Virus record (IMG/VR): IMGVR_UViG_3300032053_000011 | Span: 64,001-128,000 of that record | Origin: a virus | Direction: 5' to 3' (one strand) | DNA length: 64,000 nucleotides | Part shown: positions 9,369 to 19,056 of the stretch, piece by piece | How the letters are laid out: each line of letters opens with the position of its first letter | Numbering within the stretch: position 1 is the first letter of the stretch | Program-made: the position numbers and the translations under genes | Notes under the pieces: model-generated | Databases searched by the model: none | Told to the model about the DNA's origin: nothing | Seen by the model: only the letters and a program-made list of their open reading frames with translations

Positions 9369-10258
9369 TTCTTCCCCTGGAAGAAATGGAGCGACGACTC
9401 CGTCGCGTACATGTGACTGCGCCGCACCTTCTCACCGCGAAGATGGGCCTGGACCGCGCGTAGAATCTTCAAGGCTAACGGTCGGCGCTGACCCTTCACG
9501 TTGCCGATGGATCCGATGATGGTCTCCCGCGCGACCCAGATCGGCGAATCCTTGTCGAGCCCGGTGCCATCGACCAGTCCGCGCACGAATGCCTCGACCG
9601 CCGCCGGGTGTTTCTTGTGCGCGAAGACCAGAGCCGCGCCGACCATGGCGGGCTTGAACGGCGCCTTGTCGGGCAGCACTTCGAGGATCAGGTCGATCGC
9701 CTTGTGATTCCGCTGGTAGTACGCCTCGGTGTCCTCGACGCCGCCCTTGCCGCACATGTTGGTGAGGAGCTGGCGCTCGCCGTTGCACCATGCAGTCACG
9801 CGCTTCGGTCCGGGGATCACTCCATCCCGGCGCAGAACTTCGGCGATCGACCGGGTCGCACCGCGGTCGATCGTCTTGATCGCGTCCTTGGCGACGTTGT
9901 ACGCGACGGAGATCCGCACCGTGATGCCCGACTCGACGATGGCCCAGAGCCGATGCTGGCCGTCGATCAGGTTGCCATCGACATCGAATCCGATCGCCTG
10001 ATTGTTGACCTTCCAACCACCGTTCTTCATGACACGCGCGAAAGCCTCGACGCGGTTCTGGCCGATGGGTCGGTTGTCGGTGTTCTTGTCGAGGAACGCG
10101 GCAGCCGTTGTGGGATCGATGTCCATCACGTCGAAGTAGGTCTCGTCGTCCGCGCGCACGGTTGGCTTGGGCGCCTTGACGCTCCGAAGATCGGCTACTG
10201 CTTTGCGGGTCGTGGACTTCATAACGGCTCCGTGTTCGATCATTGTGTGCTGCCTCAC
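9365..10258 (-). CDS. ParB-like/DGQHR-domain phage protein
   Basis: IDP..A..FL.KN..NRPI, M..G.W, IGFD..GNLIDGQHRLWAIVESG and IDRG..RS. True start may be a later ATG. Confidence 0.8.
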   Translation of the reverse strand: MRQHTMIEHGAVMKSTTRKAVADLRSVKAPKPTVRADDETYFDVMDIDPTTAAAFLDKNTDNRPIGQNRVEAFARVMKNGGWKVNNQAIGFDVDGNLIDGQHRLWAIVESGITVRISVAYNVAKDAIKTIDRGATRSIAEVLRRDGVIPGPKRVTAWCNGERQLLTNMCGKGGVEDTEAYYQRNHKAIDLILEVLPDKAPFKPAMVGAALVFAHKKHPAAVEAFVRGLVDGTGLDKDSPIWVARETIIGSIGNVKGQRRPLALKILRAVQAHLRGEKVRRSHMYATESSLHFFQGKK

Positions 10259-10299
10259 CTGGGGATAATCCCGAAGCCTGATCGGGTCAACATCAAAAC

Positions 10300-10316
10300 G
10301 CTAGCCACTGGCTAGC
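10300..10316. promoter_or_regulatory. Operator A, copy 1: perfect palindrome GCTAGCCA-C-TGGCTAGC in a divergent intergenic region
   Basis: Lies between the leftward recombination operon and rightward genes. TTGACC-N17-TATCCC is on the minus strand just to the left, and TACGAT lies just to the right. Confidence 0.7.
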
Positions 10317-10436
10317 GCGGTACGATTCCGCGTGTCACCGACACGTACCGGCAACGACAGAGGTCCGCAACTCCGCGCCGGACATTGTCTGGCAGGACCT
10401 CTTGCACGCGCTACGAACGCGGCGTACAGACCGCGC

Positions 10437-10613
10437 ATGGAACCACTCTCGTACGAACAGCTTGTCGCCCTCGGTTGGACCGACGCCGAGATCGACGCCC
10501 GCCAGTCGGCCGAGTCAGACGAACTGCACGATGGTTCGATCGAGCCTCTGCCTCGGAAGCCCGATCCGGTCACTCCAGATGTGGCAACTCGGCGTCGGCA
10601 GGAGCGCCGCTGA
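10437..10613 (+). CDS. Small acidic hypothetical protein
   Basis: Begins MEPLSYEQLVALGWTDAEID. Confidence 0.4.
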   Translation: MEPLSYEQLVALGWTDAEIDARQSAESDELHDGSIEPLPRKPDPVTPDVATRRRQERR

Positions 10614-10699
10614 CGTCGTCGTACTCGCTGCGCCAGCGCCCGGCTGAACACAGGCGCGCCGTTGTGGACGCCGCCCCCGACCTACGCCAGAATGCCTGG

Positions 10700-11026
10700 A
10701 TGCAGAACCTGTTGCGCCTATCCATCTCTCGCGGGTTGGGGATCGCGTTCGAGTCCCTGGGCGTGCTCGGCTCTGGCTTCGCGGTTCTGCGCGCCATCAC
10801 TCCGCTCTACTCACTGCCGGATGCTCAAGCGAGCACCAGTGCCCCGCGAATGATGCCGATCGGAACCCGTCTCAAGATCGACAGCGTGAGCACGGTCTCT
10901 GGCAGGCAGTTGTATCGAGTTCGAATGCTGCGTGGCAAAGGTCCATCTCCCGCGACGTGGGCCTACGACACCGGGAGTCTGACGCGCGGGTACGCGTACC
11001 TGACCGCGGCCGATCTTCGTCACTGA
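10700..11026 (+). CDS. Hypothetical protein, SH3-like beta fold possible
   Basis: TPLYSLPD...MPIGTRLKI...LYRVR...GYAY pattern; start uncertain. Confidence 0.45.
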   Translation: MQNLLRLSISRGLGIAFESLGVLGSGFAVLRAITPLYSLPDAQASTSAPRMMPIGTRLKIDSVSTVSGRQLYRVRMLRGKGPSPATWAYDTGSLTRGYAYLTAADLRH

Positions 11027-11109
11027 GTCAGCGCCGCGCGTACGGTCACGATCGAGCCGACGTTCTCGGCGAGGCACGACCATAGTCTGCCACTCACCGC
11101 TGGAGTTCC

Positions 11110-12455
11110 ATGAGCAGCCCACAGAACAATCCACGCATCAAGGTCGGTCCCTACGCGCTGCGACCGGTGCCAGATCAGATCCCGATCGGAATGATCTATG
11201 TCGCCACGGATCAACCGATCATCTCGGTGGCGATTGGACCGGGCACGCCGCACATCTGGGAAGAGTTCGTTTCCATCCCCGCTCCTCAACCGTTGCGCAA
11301 CACAGTGTTCGTTGCCAAGAATGGCGATGACTCCACTGCGGATGGTTCGATCGGCAAGCCATTTCTGACCGTACAGGCCGGGATGGAATACGCCTGGAGA
11401 CGTACGTGGCGCCGCTCGGGCCGCAGCCCTATCCAGGCCCATACACCCGCCCGTGTGTCTTCATCAGCGCGGGGACGTACGACGGTCCGTTCGTGCTGCC
11501 GCCGCAGATCTGCCTGATGGGGGAGGGGTACAATCACTCTCGCCTCTCTGGCAACTGGTCGATCGATGATCGCTGGAGCAACTATGCTACGGCTACGGCT
11601 GCCGTCGCACCCAACGCGGTTTCCATTCCGGTCGCGCCTCTCCTGATCGCCTTCCCGGCAGGGCAAGTGATGACCTGGATCGTGGGCGGTGCGGTGACGG
11701 TCCTGACCGCGCCAGCTCTGGTTGGTGCGACGACGCTCAGCATCGCGCCACTCGTGGGGGCTATTGCCCCAGGAGAGGGTGGCGAATACGCGAACGACAT
11801 GCGGTCGTCGTGGATCAACGTTGGAGTGTTCGGTGACATCACCGTCGACTTCGCAACCGTGATCAGCAACGAGGGCAAGCTCTACGCATTCGGCGTTCGG
11901 TTTGGCGGGAACATCACGATCGACGAGAAGAGGGTCTTCCCTGTTTCCAACTCGCTCACAGTGATCGCCTCTGAACTTTTCGGCGACACGACCCTGGGCG
12001 GGATCCCCACGCTCCTGGAGGGCTGTGTGATGGGCGGCGGAACGCTGACGCTCAACCAGCTCGTGGGATCTGGCGTCGACAATCTCTTCGAGAGTTCTGG
12101 CGGATCGCTCGGAAACATTGTCGTAAACAACCTCTCGGGCCCCGTACAGGCATACAAATGCAAGTTTGGTCACTCGGTGCAGCCCGGAACCACCCTGACC
12201 ATGAACGGGCCGGATTCCCTGGTCAGTGGTGACATCTCGAGCATCCCGCTGCAAACGTCTGTGACGTTGAGCGGCCTCGCAACCCTCGATCAGATCGTTC
12301 GCACAAACCAGCCGAATTGGAGCGGCCCGACAGCTACACGGCCAACCAACGTGTACATCGGACTTCAGTTCTTCGACACGAGTCTGGGACTGGCTGGTCT
12401 CCCGATCTGGTATGACGGCACGAATTGGATCACCGCTGCTGGCGTGGTTGTCTAG
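11110..12455 (+). CDS. Spike/tail-fibre-like protein with pectin-lyase-type N-terminal motif, split by a single-base frameshift at about 11397
   Basis: Frame 1 has VFVAKNGDDSTADGSIGKPFLTVQAG and frame 2 continues VFISAGTY...LMGEG, two halves of one motif. C-terminus GPTATRP...GLQFFDTSLG..PIWYDGTNW is typical of phage spikes. Confidence 0.75.
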
Positions 12456-12486
12456 CGCGTTTTTACGCGCGGGGCAGAAGCGCTTC

Positions 12487-12515
12487 TTGACGATACGCTA
12501 GCCAGACGCTAGCGT
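12487..12515 (+). promoter_or_regulatory. Sigma70-type promoter containing operator A copy 2
   Basis: TTGACG-N17-TAGCGT with GCTAGC-CAGAC-GCTAGC at 12497-12513; ATG at 12523. Confidence 0.7.
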
Positions 12516-12522
12516 GCGCTCG

Positions 12523-13113
12523 ATGGTGCACCCGAAAGAGGCTGCTGCGAGACAGGCGATCCGCTTCACGGACGAGCCGTTGATGGAGCTCGCGCTGAAG
12601 CTTGCGGGCGGTCTTTCACTACTGCCGTGGTTCGTGAACCACGCTGCAAGTGGCCCCGAGGCGATCGCGGTCTATTGGAGCTGTTCGCGGGATCCTGTGA
12701 GCATGACGTTGGTGCTGGCGATCGTTGATCGGAGTGCCCTGTCCGACGCTCTCAGGTCGCTCAAGACACGGATCGTGCCCGGCCCTCCAGGCGCCGACTA
12801 CATAGCATTCGGCATGACGTGGCAAGACGGGCCGGATTACACCAAGCCTATCCAGGGTGGTGGCTGGTTCCACGACATTCTGGTGCACCTCGACTGCGCC
12901 ATCCTGGGCCTCGCGTTCTGGACGTTCCGCAAAAATTACGAGCACCTCATTGATCTCGCACTCAACGCGGCGATCATGACCGGTGCGATTGAGGGCACCT
13001 GCCCGGGGCCGCAGCACGAATGCGTGGCGGCTGCCCTGTGCGAAGAGCTGCGCCGGGCGATGCCGGTGCTCAGTCCTGAGCGTATCCTCGCAATCGGTGG
13101 AGAAGATCAATGA
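12523..13113 (+). CDS. Hypothetical protein, dispersed paralogue family
   Basis: W....DP..M..VL segment and C-terminal LRRAMP...E.IL, loosely shared with 13538, 25135 and 51497. Confidence 0.6.
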   Translation: MVHPKEAAARQAIRFTDEPLMELALKLAGGLSLLPWFVNHAASGPEAIAVYWSCSRDPVSMTLVLAIVDRSALSDALRSLKTRIVPGPPGADYIAFGMTWQDGPDYTKPIQGGGWFHDILVHLDCAILGLAFWTFRKNYEHLIDLALNAAIMTGAIEGTCPGPQHECVAAALCEELRRAMPVLSPERILAIGGEDQ

Positions 13114-13541
13114 CGGCGTACTTCGACAATCTTGGTTCCGCACTGCTTCAAGCGCGAGAGCTCGAGGGCGACCTGAAGCTCGACAATCGGCTACGCGAGA
13201 TTGAAGAGGGTCTCGTCTACGACGTGACGTTGTGTTTCGAGTCGCCCGGCTTTCCGGCCGACCTGCGCGAGCGTGGGCATCGCATCATCCTGAAACACGG
13301 TGTACATACTCGGCCACTCAACGATGCGACCCATCCCACGGTGGATTCGCTGTACGACGCATTCAGGGCTGTCGCGCAGATGGGTTCCGATCTGCACGAC
13401 CTGTTTCACGCCGTGTGCCGCCGCGAGACCGATGAAGGTCTGGTCGGGTTCAGCGATGACCCGCGCTCGCCGATGCGTGTTCTTGCGTGCCGTGGCGAGG
13501 AGTTCCGCGAAAACCTCGCGGCCGAAGCGAAGCCCGCATGA
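13110..13541 (+). CDS. Hypothetical protein
   Basis: ATGA coupling on both sides. Confidence 0.6.
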   Translation: MTAYFDNLGSALLQARELEGDLKLDNRLREIEEGLVYDVTLCFESPGFPADLRERGHRIILKHGVHTRPLNDATHPTVDSLYDAFRAVAQMGSDLHDLFHAVCRRETDEGLVGFSDDPRSPMRVLACRGEEFRENLAAEAKPA

Positions 13542-14194
13542 TCGACACCGATCCGTTCGTCGACTCGTTGACCGATCTGCTCGTCGGGATCGACGAGGAC
13601 GGATATCCACCACTCGCATGGGTGGTCCGCTGGAGCGACGGCGGGCGCGATCCGGTGCATGCAGCATGGGAGGCGGCAGAGTCGCCGCATGCAATGGTGA
13701 AGGTCGTCCGCCTTGGATGGGGTGATCGCGCGATCCCCTTGAAGGCGACTATGGTCGCCACATTCCAAGCGGTCTCCGACGGCGTAACGGAAGTTCTGCC
13801 ACCGGGTGGATGGCCCGCGAAGTCACCGCCACAACCGCCGCGCAAGGTGCGGCAGCGTCGACAGATGACCGGCGCCGAGTTCGTACGCGGCGCGCAGCGG
13901 TACCTATCATCGACGGCATCGACGGCGGCGCTGTTCCCTCCACCTCTTCCCGGTGCTGCTGCGGATATCACATGGAGCCTGCCGGGGATCGCAGGCCGCT
14001 CAAGTCATGGTCCCACGCGTCTCCGGTACATGGATTCCGCTGGTGAGAAGTGGTTCGAGCGCGTCCACCGTGACTACCAAGACGCGCGCGAGCGGCTCCA
14101 GTATCGCGTGGCAGTCGCCAAGATCCGCCGCGAGTGCCCTGTGCCGCCGACGCTGGAAGAGCTATTGCGCAGAGCTAGCACAGTGCTAACGTAA
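13538..14194 (+). CDS. Hypothetical protein, dispersed paralogue family
   Basis: AAWEAAESPHAMVKVV and C-terminal IRRECPVPPTLEELL. Confidence 0.6.
   Translation: MIDTDPFVDSLTDLLVGIDEDGYPPLAWVVRWSDGGRDPVHAAWEAAESPHAMVKVVRLGWGDRAIPLKATMVATFQAVSDGVTEVLPPGGWPAKSPPQPPRKVRQRRQMTGAEFVRGAQRYLSSTASTAALFPPPLPGAAADITWSLPGIAGRSSHGPTRLRYMDSAGEKWFERVHRDYQDARERLQYRVAVAKIRRECPVPPTLEELLRRASTVLT
14165..14192 (+). promoter_or_regulatory. Promoter with operator A copy 3
   Basis: TTGCGC-N16-TAACGT (TGn extended) with GCTAGC-ACAGT-GCTAAC at 14174-14190. Confidence 0.55.
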
Positions 14195-14211
14195 TCAACG
14201 CTGTCCAGGAA

Positions 14212-14421
14212 TTGGGCAACACCCGCATGATCCTCTACTTCAAAGTCGGCTCGCTGCCCGGGATGCACATGCGCGTGGTTCGCAAGCGCAAGCCGCCAGT
14301 CATTGGCGAGTGCTTCAAGATCGTCGACCCGAAGGAGAAGTACGCACGTCATGAGCCCGTGCGTCTTCTCGAGATTCGCGATGTGAGCAGCGGGACGCTC
14401 TACGTTGTGGAGCGTTTCTGA
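14212..14421 (+). CDS. Small hypothetical protein
   Basis: Stop overlaps the RNase H start. Confidence 0.5.
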   Translation: MGNTRMILYFKVGSLPGMHMRVVRKRKPPVIGECFKIVDPKEKYARHEPVRLLEIRDVSSGTLYVVERF

Positions 14422-15212
14422 TGCCTCGTTACGTCGTGACGGCACGCAAGGACAGGCTCTATCTCGAACATGTCCGATTGCTGGCGGAGCTCGAGGAGCC
14501 TGCCTACGGCGGCTTTGACGCCGCCCTCGTGGCCGATCGGACAATGCTTTGCGGCGCGCCTCTGTTCCACGGGTGGGACACGCGGCTGCCGCTGCCACGT
14601 CCGAAGGGACGTCGCTCCGACACGTGGTGCACCGTCTGTCGAGATGCCTACCTCGCGGCGGTCCATCCGGCGGCGCCGGTGAAGCCTCCGCGCGTGAAGC
14701 GCTACCGTGGCGAGTACACGCATCCCGATACCGCAGCGGGACTCGAGGGCCTCGTCGCATGGACGGACGGCAGCGGTACGTTCCAGCATTCACCGGCGGC
14801 GATCGGTGTAGTCGTCAGCGCTGATGGCGAGGTGATCTGCGAAGCATCGCAGTACGTCGGTCGCGGCACCAACAACGTCGCTGAACTCTGGGCCATCGGT
14901 CGGACACTCGCGATCGTGTACGCGATCGCACGAACACGCGACGTGCCGTTGCAGATTCGCTCGGACAGCTCCTTCGCCATTGGTGCGGTCAGGCACGGTT
15001 CTGCATGGGAGCTCGACCCGGCGTCAACGGTCGGCGCCCTTGGCCTCAAGGTGCGTGCCGAAGTCGCCCGCTGGCCGCAGATCGACCTCACCCTGGTGGC
15101 GGGCCACAGCGGAGTGCTCGGGAACGAACGTGCGGATTGGCTTGCCGGACGTGCTCGCAAGGCATTCATCGCTGCCACGCAAACCGAGTCTCATGACGAT
15201 GGAGTGTTTTGA
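14421..15212 (+). CDS. rnhA: Ribonuclease HI with about 110-aa N-terminal extension
   Basis: WTDGS, GTNNVAELWAI, RSDSSFA and VAGHSGVLGNERADWLA; all four acidic catalytic residues are present. Confidence 0.9.
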   Translation: MPRYVVTARKDRLYLEHVRLLAELEEPAYGGFDAALVADRTMLCGAPLFHGWDTRLPLPRPKGRRSDTWCTVCRDAYLAAVHPAAPVKPPRVKRYRGEYTHPDTAAGLEGLVAWTDGSGTFQHSPAAIGVVVSADGEVICEASQYVGRGTNNVAELWAIGRTLAIVYAIARTRDVPLQIRSDSSFAIGAVRHGSAWELDPASTVGALGLKVRAEVARWPQIDLTLVAGHSGVLGNERADWLAGRARKAFIAATQTESHDDGVF

Positions 15213-15433
15213 TGGTCACCAACTATCGCACCCTGGCGTCCGTTCATCCTGGACCGCATCCACCGGGTTGCCAGTGCGGCACGAGTCTCGAGGTCCGCCA
15301 AGCCTATGCTGCCATCGGCGGCTGGTGGCACACCGAGGAGTGCAAACAGTGGAAGATCGCCGTCGAAATTTGGAAGCGCACCAATGAGCTGTCACCAGAG
15401 ATGGTCCGCGACTTCCAAAGTGCGAGCCTCTGA
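15209..15433 (+). CDS. Small Cys/His hypothetical protein
   Basis: Overlaps the rnhA stop. Confidence 0.45.
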   Translation: MMVTNYRTLASVHPGPHPPGCQCGTSLEVRQAYAAIGGWWHTEECKQWKIAVEIWKRTNELSPEMVRDFQSASL

Positions 15434-15543
15434 TCTCGGCGATCGTCGCGGCGCTCTGGGTTAGATGGTAGGAGACGCATGACCAACTACAAACAGAACA
15501 CGAACCTGAAGTCCAACCTCACGCTGCTCCCATTGGTGCCCCA

Positions 15544-15846
15544 ATGACTGCGCCAGAGGCAACGCACTGGATGTGCCGCTGCGTCGCGGCGCCGCGCAAC
15601 CGGGTCCACATCACGCACCCCGGGTGCCACGAGTGCGGCGCGAAGCAGACGGACCCGCCGCCGCAGGATCCAGTCGTCGCCGCCGAGCGCCGCGGTCGCG
15701 TCGTGGGCATGGAGGAAGCGGCTGCAATCCTCGAGTCCATGCGTGTCCCGAACAGCGACATGCCTTCGGTTCACGAGAAGAACAGGGCGCTGTACTACGC
15801 CATCGAACGTATCCGCGCCGCCATCAATGCACCGAGGACGCCGTGA
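15544..15846 (+). CDS. RanBP2-like Zn-ribbon hypothetical protein
   Basis: W.CRC...N......CHECGAKQ. Confidence 0.5.
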   Translation: MTAPEATHWMCRCVAAPRNRVHITHPGCHECGAKQTDPPPQDPVVAAERRGRVVGMEEAAAILESMRVPNSDMPSVHEKNRALYYAIERIRAAINAPRTP

Positions 15847-16046
15847 GCAAGAGGCGTCGCAAGACTCGCGGCTGGACGCTGGCCGGTGCACTCGTCGATG
15901 GCGACCCGCGCATGCCTGCCGCTGCCCTCGCGCATGACATCGCGGAGATCAAACAGGCGGCACAGTACTTCGCCGACATTCGGAAGATCGGCGGCGCGGT
16001 TGGCTCCGGTATCGCCAACGACAACGCCGGGCCAAGAGCGCCATGA
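15843..16046 (+). CDS. Hypothetical protein
   Basis: GTGA coupling with the upstream gene. Confidence 0.4.
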   Translation: MSKRRRKTRGWTLAGALVDGDPRMPAAALAHDIAEIKQAAQYFADIRKIGGAVGSGIANDNAGPRAP

Positions 16047-16186
16047 GCGTATCGCTCGATTTCTACATATTGCGCCAGCGGGCACGTTTGTATGGCCGCT
16101 GAACGGGATAAAGGGGGTATGGGGACAGCGACAAGATAGACCATGGTTCCAGATCGAGAACTTGATTGATTGAAGGAGTGAAGACG

Positions 16187-16687
16187 ATGGCTACGAAACC
16201 GAAGGCAGCGCTGAATGGTTCGGAGTGGGTTGGTGCAGCCGATGCGGCCCGGTTCGGGCAGGTGCATCAGAAGCAACTCACGCAGCACGCCAAGATGGAC
16301 CACTTTCGGAGGGCCAAGGACCCGACGACGGGTCGGTGGAAGTACAATGTTGCGGACCTGGAGGCCTATGCGGCCCGCGATCGCACCAAGGGTCGCAAGC
16401 GCAAGTACGTGCGGCCATCCAGCGTCGAGAGCGCGGCCAGCGAGAAGGCACCTGCGCCCAGGAACACCAGGAACGGCCATGCCAATGGCGACGTGGCTCC
16501 TGGTGTTGTGGCGAGAGTTGCAGGGCGGCACGCCGTATCAATCGCGCCGGTTCCACCCGTGACCAGCTCGCGCGCAGAATTCTTCGCGTGGATCGATGCC
16601 GGGATTCAGGCGAACTGGCTCGGTGGAGATGAGGCTCTCGAGGTCATCAAGCGCCAGCTTCCGATCGCTCCATCCGCCTCGCACTAG
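16187..16687 (+). CDS. Excisionase/MerR-like HTH DNA-binding protein
   Basis: Strong RBS AAGGAG; WVGAADAARFGQVHQKQL...GRWKYNVADLEAY. Confidence 0.65.
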   Translation: MATKPKAALNGSEWVGAADAARFGQVHQKQLTQHAKMDHFRRAKDPTTGRWKYNVADLEAYAARDRTKGRKRKYVRPSSVESAASEKAPAPRNTRNGHANGDVAPGVVARVAGRHAVSIAPVPPVTSSRAEFFAWIDAGIQANWLGGDEALEVIKRQLPIAPSASH

Positions 16688-16723
16688 CTGCCACCATCCG
16701 AGCGCATGCGGTAGCATCGCTCG

Positions 16724-17029
16724 ATGAGCAATCCGCCAAACCCGCCACCTCCCCCATCGGTTTTCAAGCACACTGATACGAACGGGCCGATCCTGATAGG
16801 CGCGCTGCCCAGCCGGTCCGAGATCATGCACGCGCTTGCGCGCCTTCCACACGCCGAGCGCGTTACGATTCTCGACGAAGCCGCACGCTACGGATCGACC
16901 ACGATCAGCGGCGATACAAGTACGAGGCCGATGAACGATTTCGAGCGCGTGCTACTCGATCGCGCGCTCGAGTCGCCGGTGCTCGCATCCAACCGCGCTG
17001 CCCGGCGCGCGGCACGTGGACGCCGCTGA
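16724..17029 (+). CDS. Hypothetical protein
   Basis: Ends NRAARRAARGRR, a common phage-protein tail. Confidence 0.5.
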   Translation: MSNPPNPPPPPSVFKHTDTNGPILIGALPSRSEIMHALARLPHAERVTILDEAARYGSTTISGDTSTRPMNDFERVLLDRALESPVLASNRAARRAARGRR

Positions 17030-17154
17030 CGGCGTTGTGGTGTCCGAGCGATCGGCCCACGACCCATGGTGTGCCGTCCTGCGACCGCGTAATGCAACGC
17101 GTTGCGATGCGTGTTCATGAGCGGGTGCACGGGGCGTCTGTCACGACCTCTTCG

Positions 17155-17245
17155 ATTCTTCTGGACACGACTTAACCGCTGGGAATTCCGTTTGAATGCG
17201 ATAATCGCATCAAAGTCTTGCCAATTCTTCTGGACCGCTGATAAG
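17155..17245. promoter_or_regulatory. AT-richer control region with direct and inverted repeats
   Basis: ATTCTTCTGGAC at 17155 and 17224; TTTG-A-ATGCGA-TAA-TCGCAT-CAAA at 17191-17214; upstream of an RHH gene. Confidence 0.5.
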
Positions 17246-17253
17246 TCTCGTTC

Positions 17254-17487
17254 ATGACGCAGAACGCAGCGGCTCGATCTACCAAGCGGGGACGTCGGCC
17301 GCTCCACGGCGAGAGCATGATATCGGTCACGTGCGATGTTCCGAGAGCGGTCCATGACCGCGCCCGTGAGCTCGCGAAACGGACCGATCGAACCATGGCG
17401 TTCGTGATCCGCGAAGCACTATCGGGTTATCTGGATATCGCTGAGAGCAACGACGTGCAGCCGATGATTGAGCCGACCGGCATCTGA
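17254..17487 (+). CDS. Ribbon-helix-helix (CopG/Arc-like) regulator
   Basis: ISVTCDVPRAVHDRARELAKRTDRTMAFVIREALSGYL. Confidence 0.75.
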   Translation: MTQNAAARSTKRGRRPLHGESMISVTCDVPRAVHDRARELAKRTDRTMAFVIREALSGYLDIAESNDVQPMIEPTGI

Positions 17488-18043
17488 CAGAGCGGTTGTT
17501 TGTGTCGGCGTGTTTGACGTGTCCGAGATCGGAAGCACTGGGCTGTCGATGCCTGTCATGGGGGTCATTGTGTCGCCATCCGACGCCGCGCGCGATGTCC
17601 GAGGTCCGCTGAAACTGGCGAAGCCAGTGGACCCATTGGGCCATCTGTCACGGACGGTGCACCTCGTACACCAGTTTCTGTTCGTTCGCGCAGCGGGCAG
17701 AGATCTTCCGGCCGCCGACGTACTGCCGTTGATCCGCCATGCCAATTCGGAACCGCTGCCGTTCGCCGAGGCGATGGCTCGGCAGGGCGCGACGGAGATC
17801 TTGGCCATCCTGGTGGCGGAGAGACTGGCGCTCGAACTGCCAAGCGGCGACTGGCAGATCATCAGGCTTGCGCAACGCGAGAACGCCGCGATCTTCGCGG
17901 GCAGCGCGAACCTCGCGCAGTGGGATGCCGACTTCGTGACCGTGCTGGCGCTGGTGGACGAGAACAACGCGCTCGATGAGATGCTGCCTGAGACATGGGG
18001 CGCAGCACTCGACTCGATTGCCAATGAGAGGATCACTCGATGA
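17468..18043 (+). CDS. Hypothetical protein (start uncertain)
   Basis: Stop coupled to the 18040 ATG. Confidence 0.5.
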   Translation: MSRPASDRAVVCVGVFDVSEIGSTGLSMPVMGVIVSPSDAARDVRGPLKLAKPVDPLGHLSRTVHLVHQFLFVRAAGRDLPAADVLPLIRHANSEPLPFAEAMARQGATEILAILVAERLALELPSGDWQIIRLAQRENAAIFAGSANLAQWDADFVTVLALVDENNALDEMLPETWGAALDSIANERITR

Positions 18044-19056
18044 ATGAGCCAATCCGTGAGCTGATCCCCGATGTCCGATACTACTGGCACGGTGACCAGC
18101 ACGAATCCGAGTCACGCCTCCTTTATGATCGACCGTCGGACGCCTTTGTCGCGTGGAATACATTCCCGCTCACAGAGGATAGCGAGTACGCATACCGCGT
18201 TCAGGATGCCCTCAACTTCGTGCCGCGTGGCTATACACGCCCAGCCGACGCGCCAAACATCTTCGGGCATGAGCCTCCGATGGTGAGTACCGAGCTGACG
18301 GCATTGCCCGTGATCGAGTCTAGGAATTCGAGGGAGCATTGGCGCTACCCACCAGAGTTCTGGTGTTGCGGTAACTGGGACAAGGCTATCGAGGAGGGTT
18401 TTGAACGCAGCCTTCTGTACTTCGGCGACAGCGAGCCGATCGGTGTCGTTCTTCGCGCGGCATCGCGTGGAGCATTCGATCGGTTCGCGGATGCATGCGA
18501 CGTCGATGACTCACGCCTTCGATGCAAGCAGTGGCGCAAGACATCGATGCAAGCGGCACTATCGCTCAGGTCGCAATTGCATGCGGATGATGCCCGTCTT
18601 TCGAACGAACACCGCCCCATTGGTGGCGTCACGTTGGCATTCCATGATGGACAGCCGTGCTTCTTGTGGCGCCTCCGTTCTCAGCACTTCGCCGGGATCG
18701 TGGTGATCGTCGAGGCCGACCGCTGGACTGCTGAGCGGTGCAGACGAGAGTCATGCGCAGCCTGTTCGAGCGCGCACACTGTCAGGCTTCCCCCCACGGG
18801 ATGGGTCTACTTCTTCCGTGACACGTCGGGACGCATCAAGATCGGGACCACGATCACCATTCCAAAGCGGTTCGGGAACATCCAGACGGCGAGCGCTGAG
18901 AACATCATCATGATCGCCAAGATTCCTGGCGGCAAACAGGTGGAGACGATGCTTCACGAGCGTTTCAAAGCCGATCGTACTCGTGGGGACGGAGAGTGGT
19001 TCATGCCATCAAAGGACCTGCTCACGATGATCAAACAGTTGAAAGGCGGCGATTGA
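18040..19056 (+). CDS. Protein with C-terminal T5orf172/Mug113 (GIY-YIG-like) domain
   Basis: GWVYFF....RIKIGTT...KRFGNIQTAS...E.MLHERF...R...EWF. Confidence 0.8.
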   Translation: MNEPIRELIPDVRYYWHGDQHESESRLLYDRPSDAFVAWNTFPLTEDSEYAYRVQDALNFVPRGYTRPADAPNIFGHEPPMVSTELTALPVIESRNSREHWRYPPEFWCCGNWDKAIEEGFERSLLYFGDSEPIGVVLRAASRGAFDRFADACDVDDSRLRCKQWRKTSMQAALSLRSQLHADDARLSNEHRPIGGVTLAFHDGQPCFLWRLRSQHFAGIVVIVEADRWTAERCRRESCAACSSAHTVRLPPTGWVYFFRDTSGRIKIGTTITIPKRFGNIQTASAENIIMIAKIPGGKQVETMLHERFKADRTRGDGEWFMPSKDLLTMIKQLKGGD

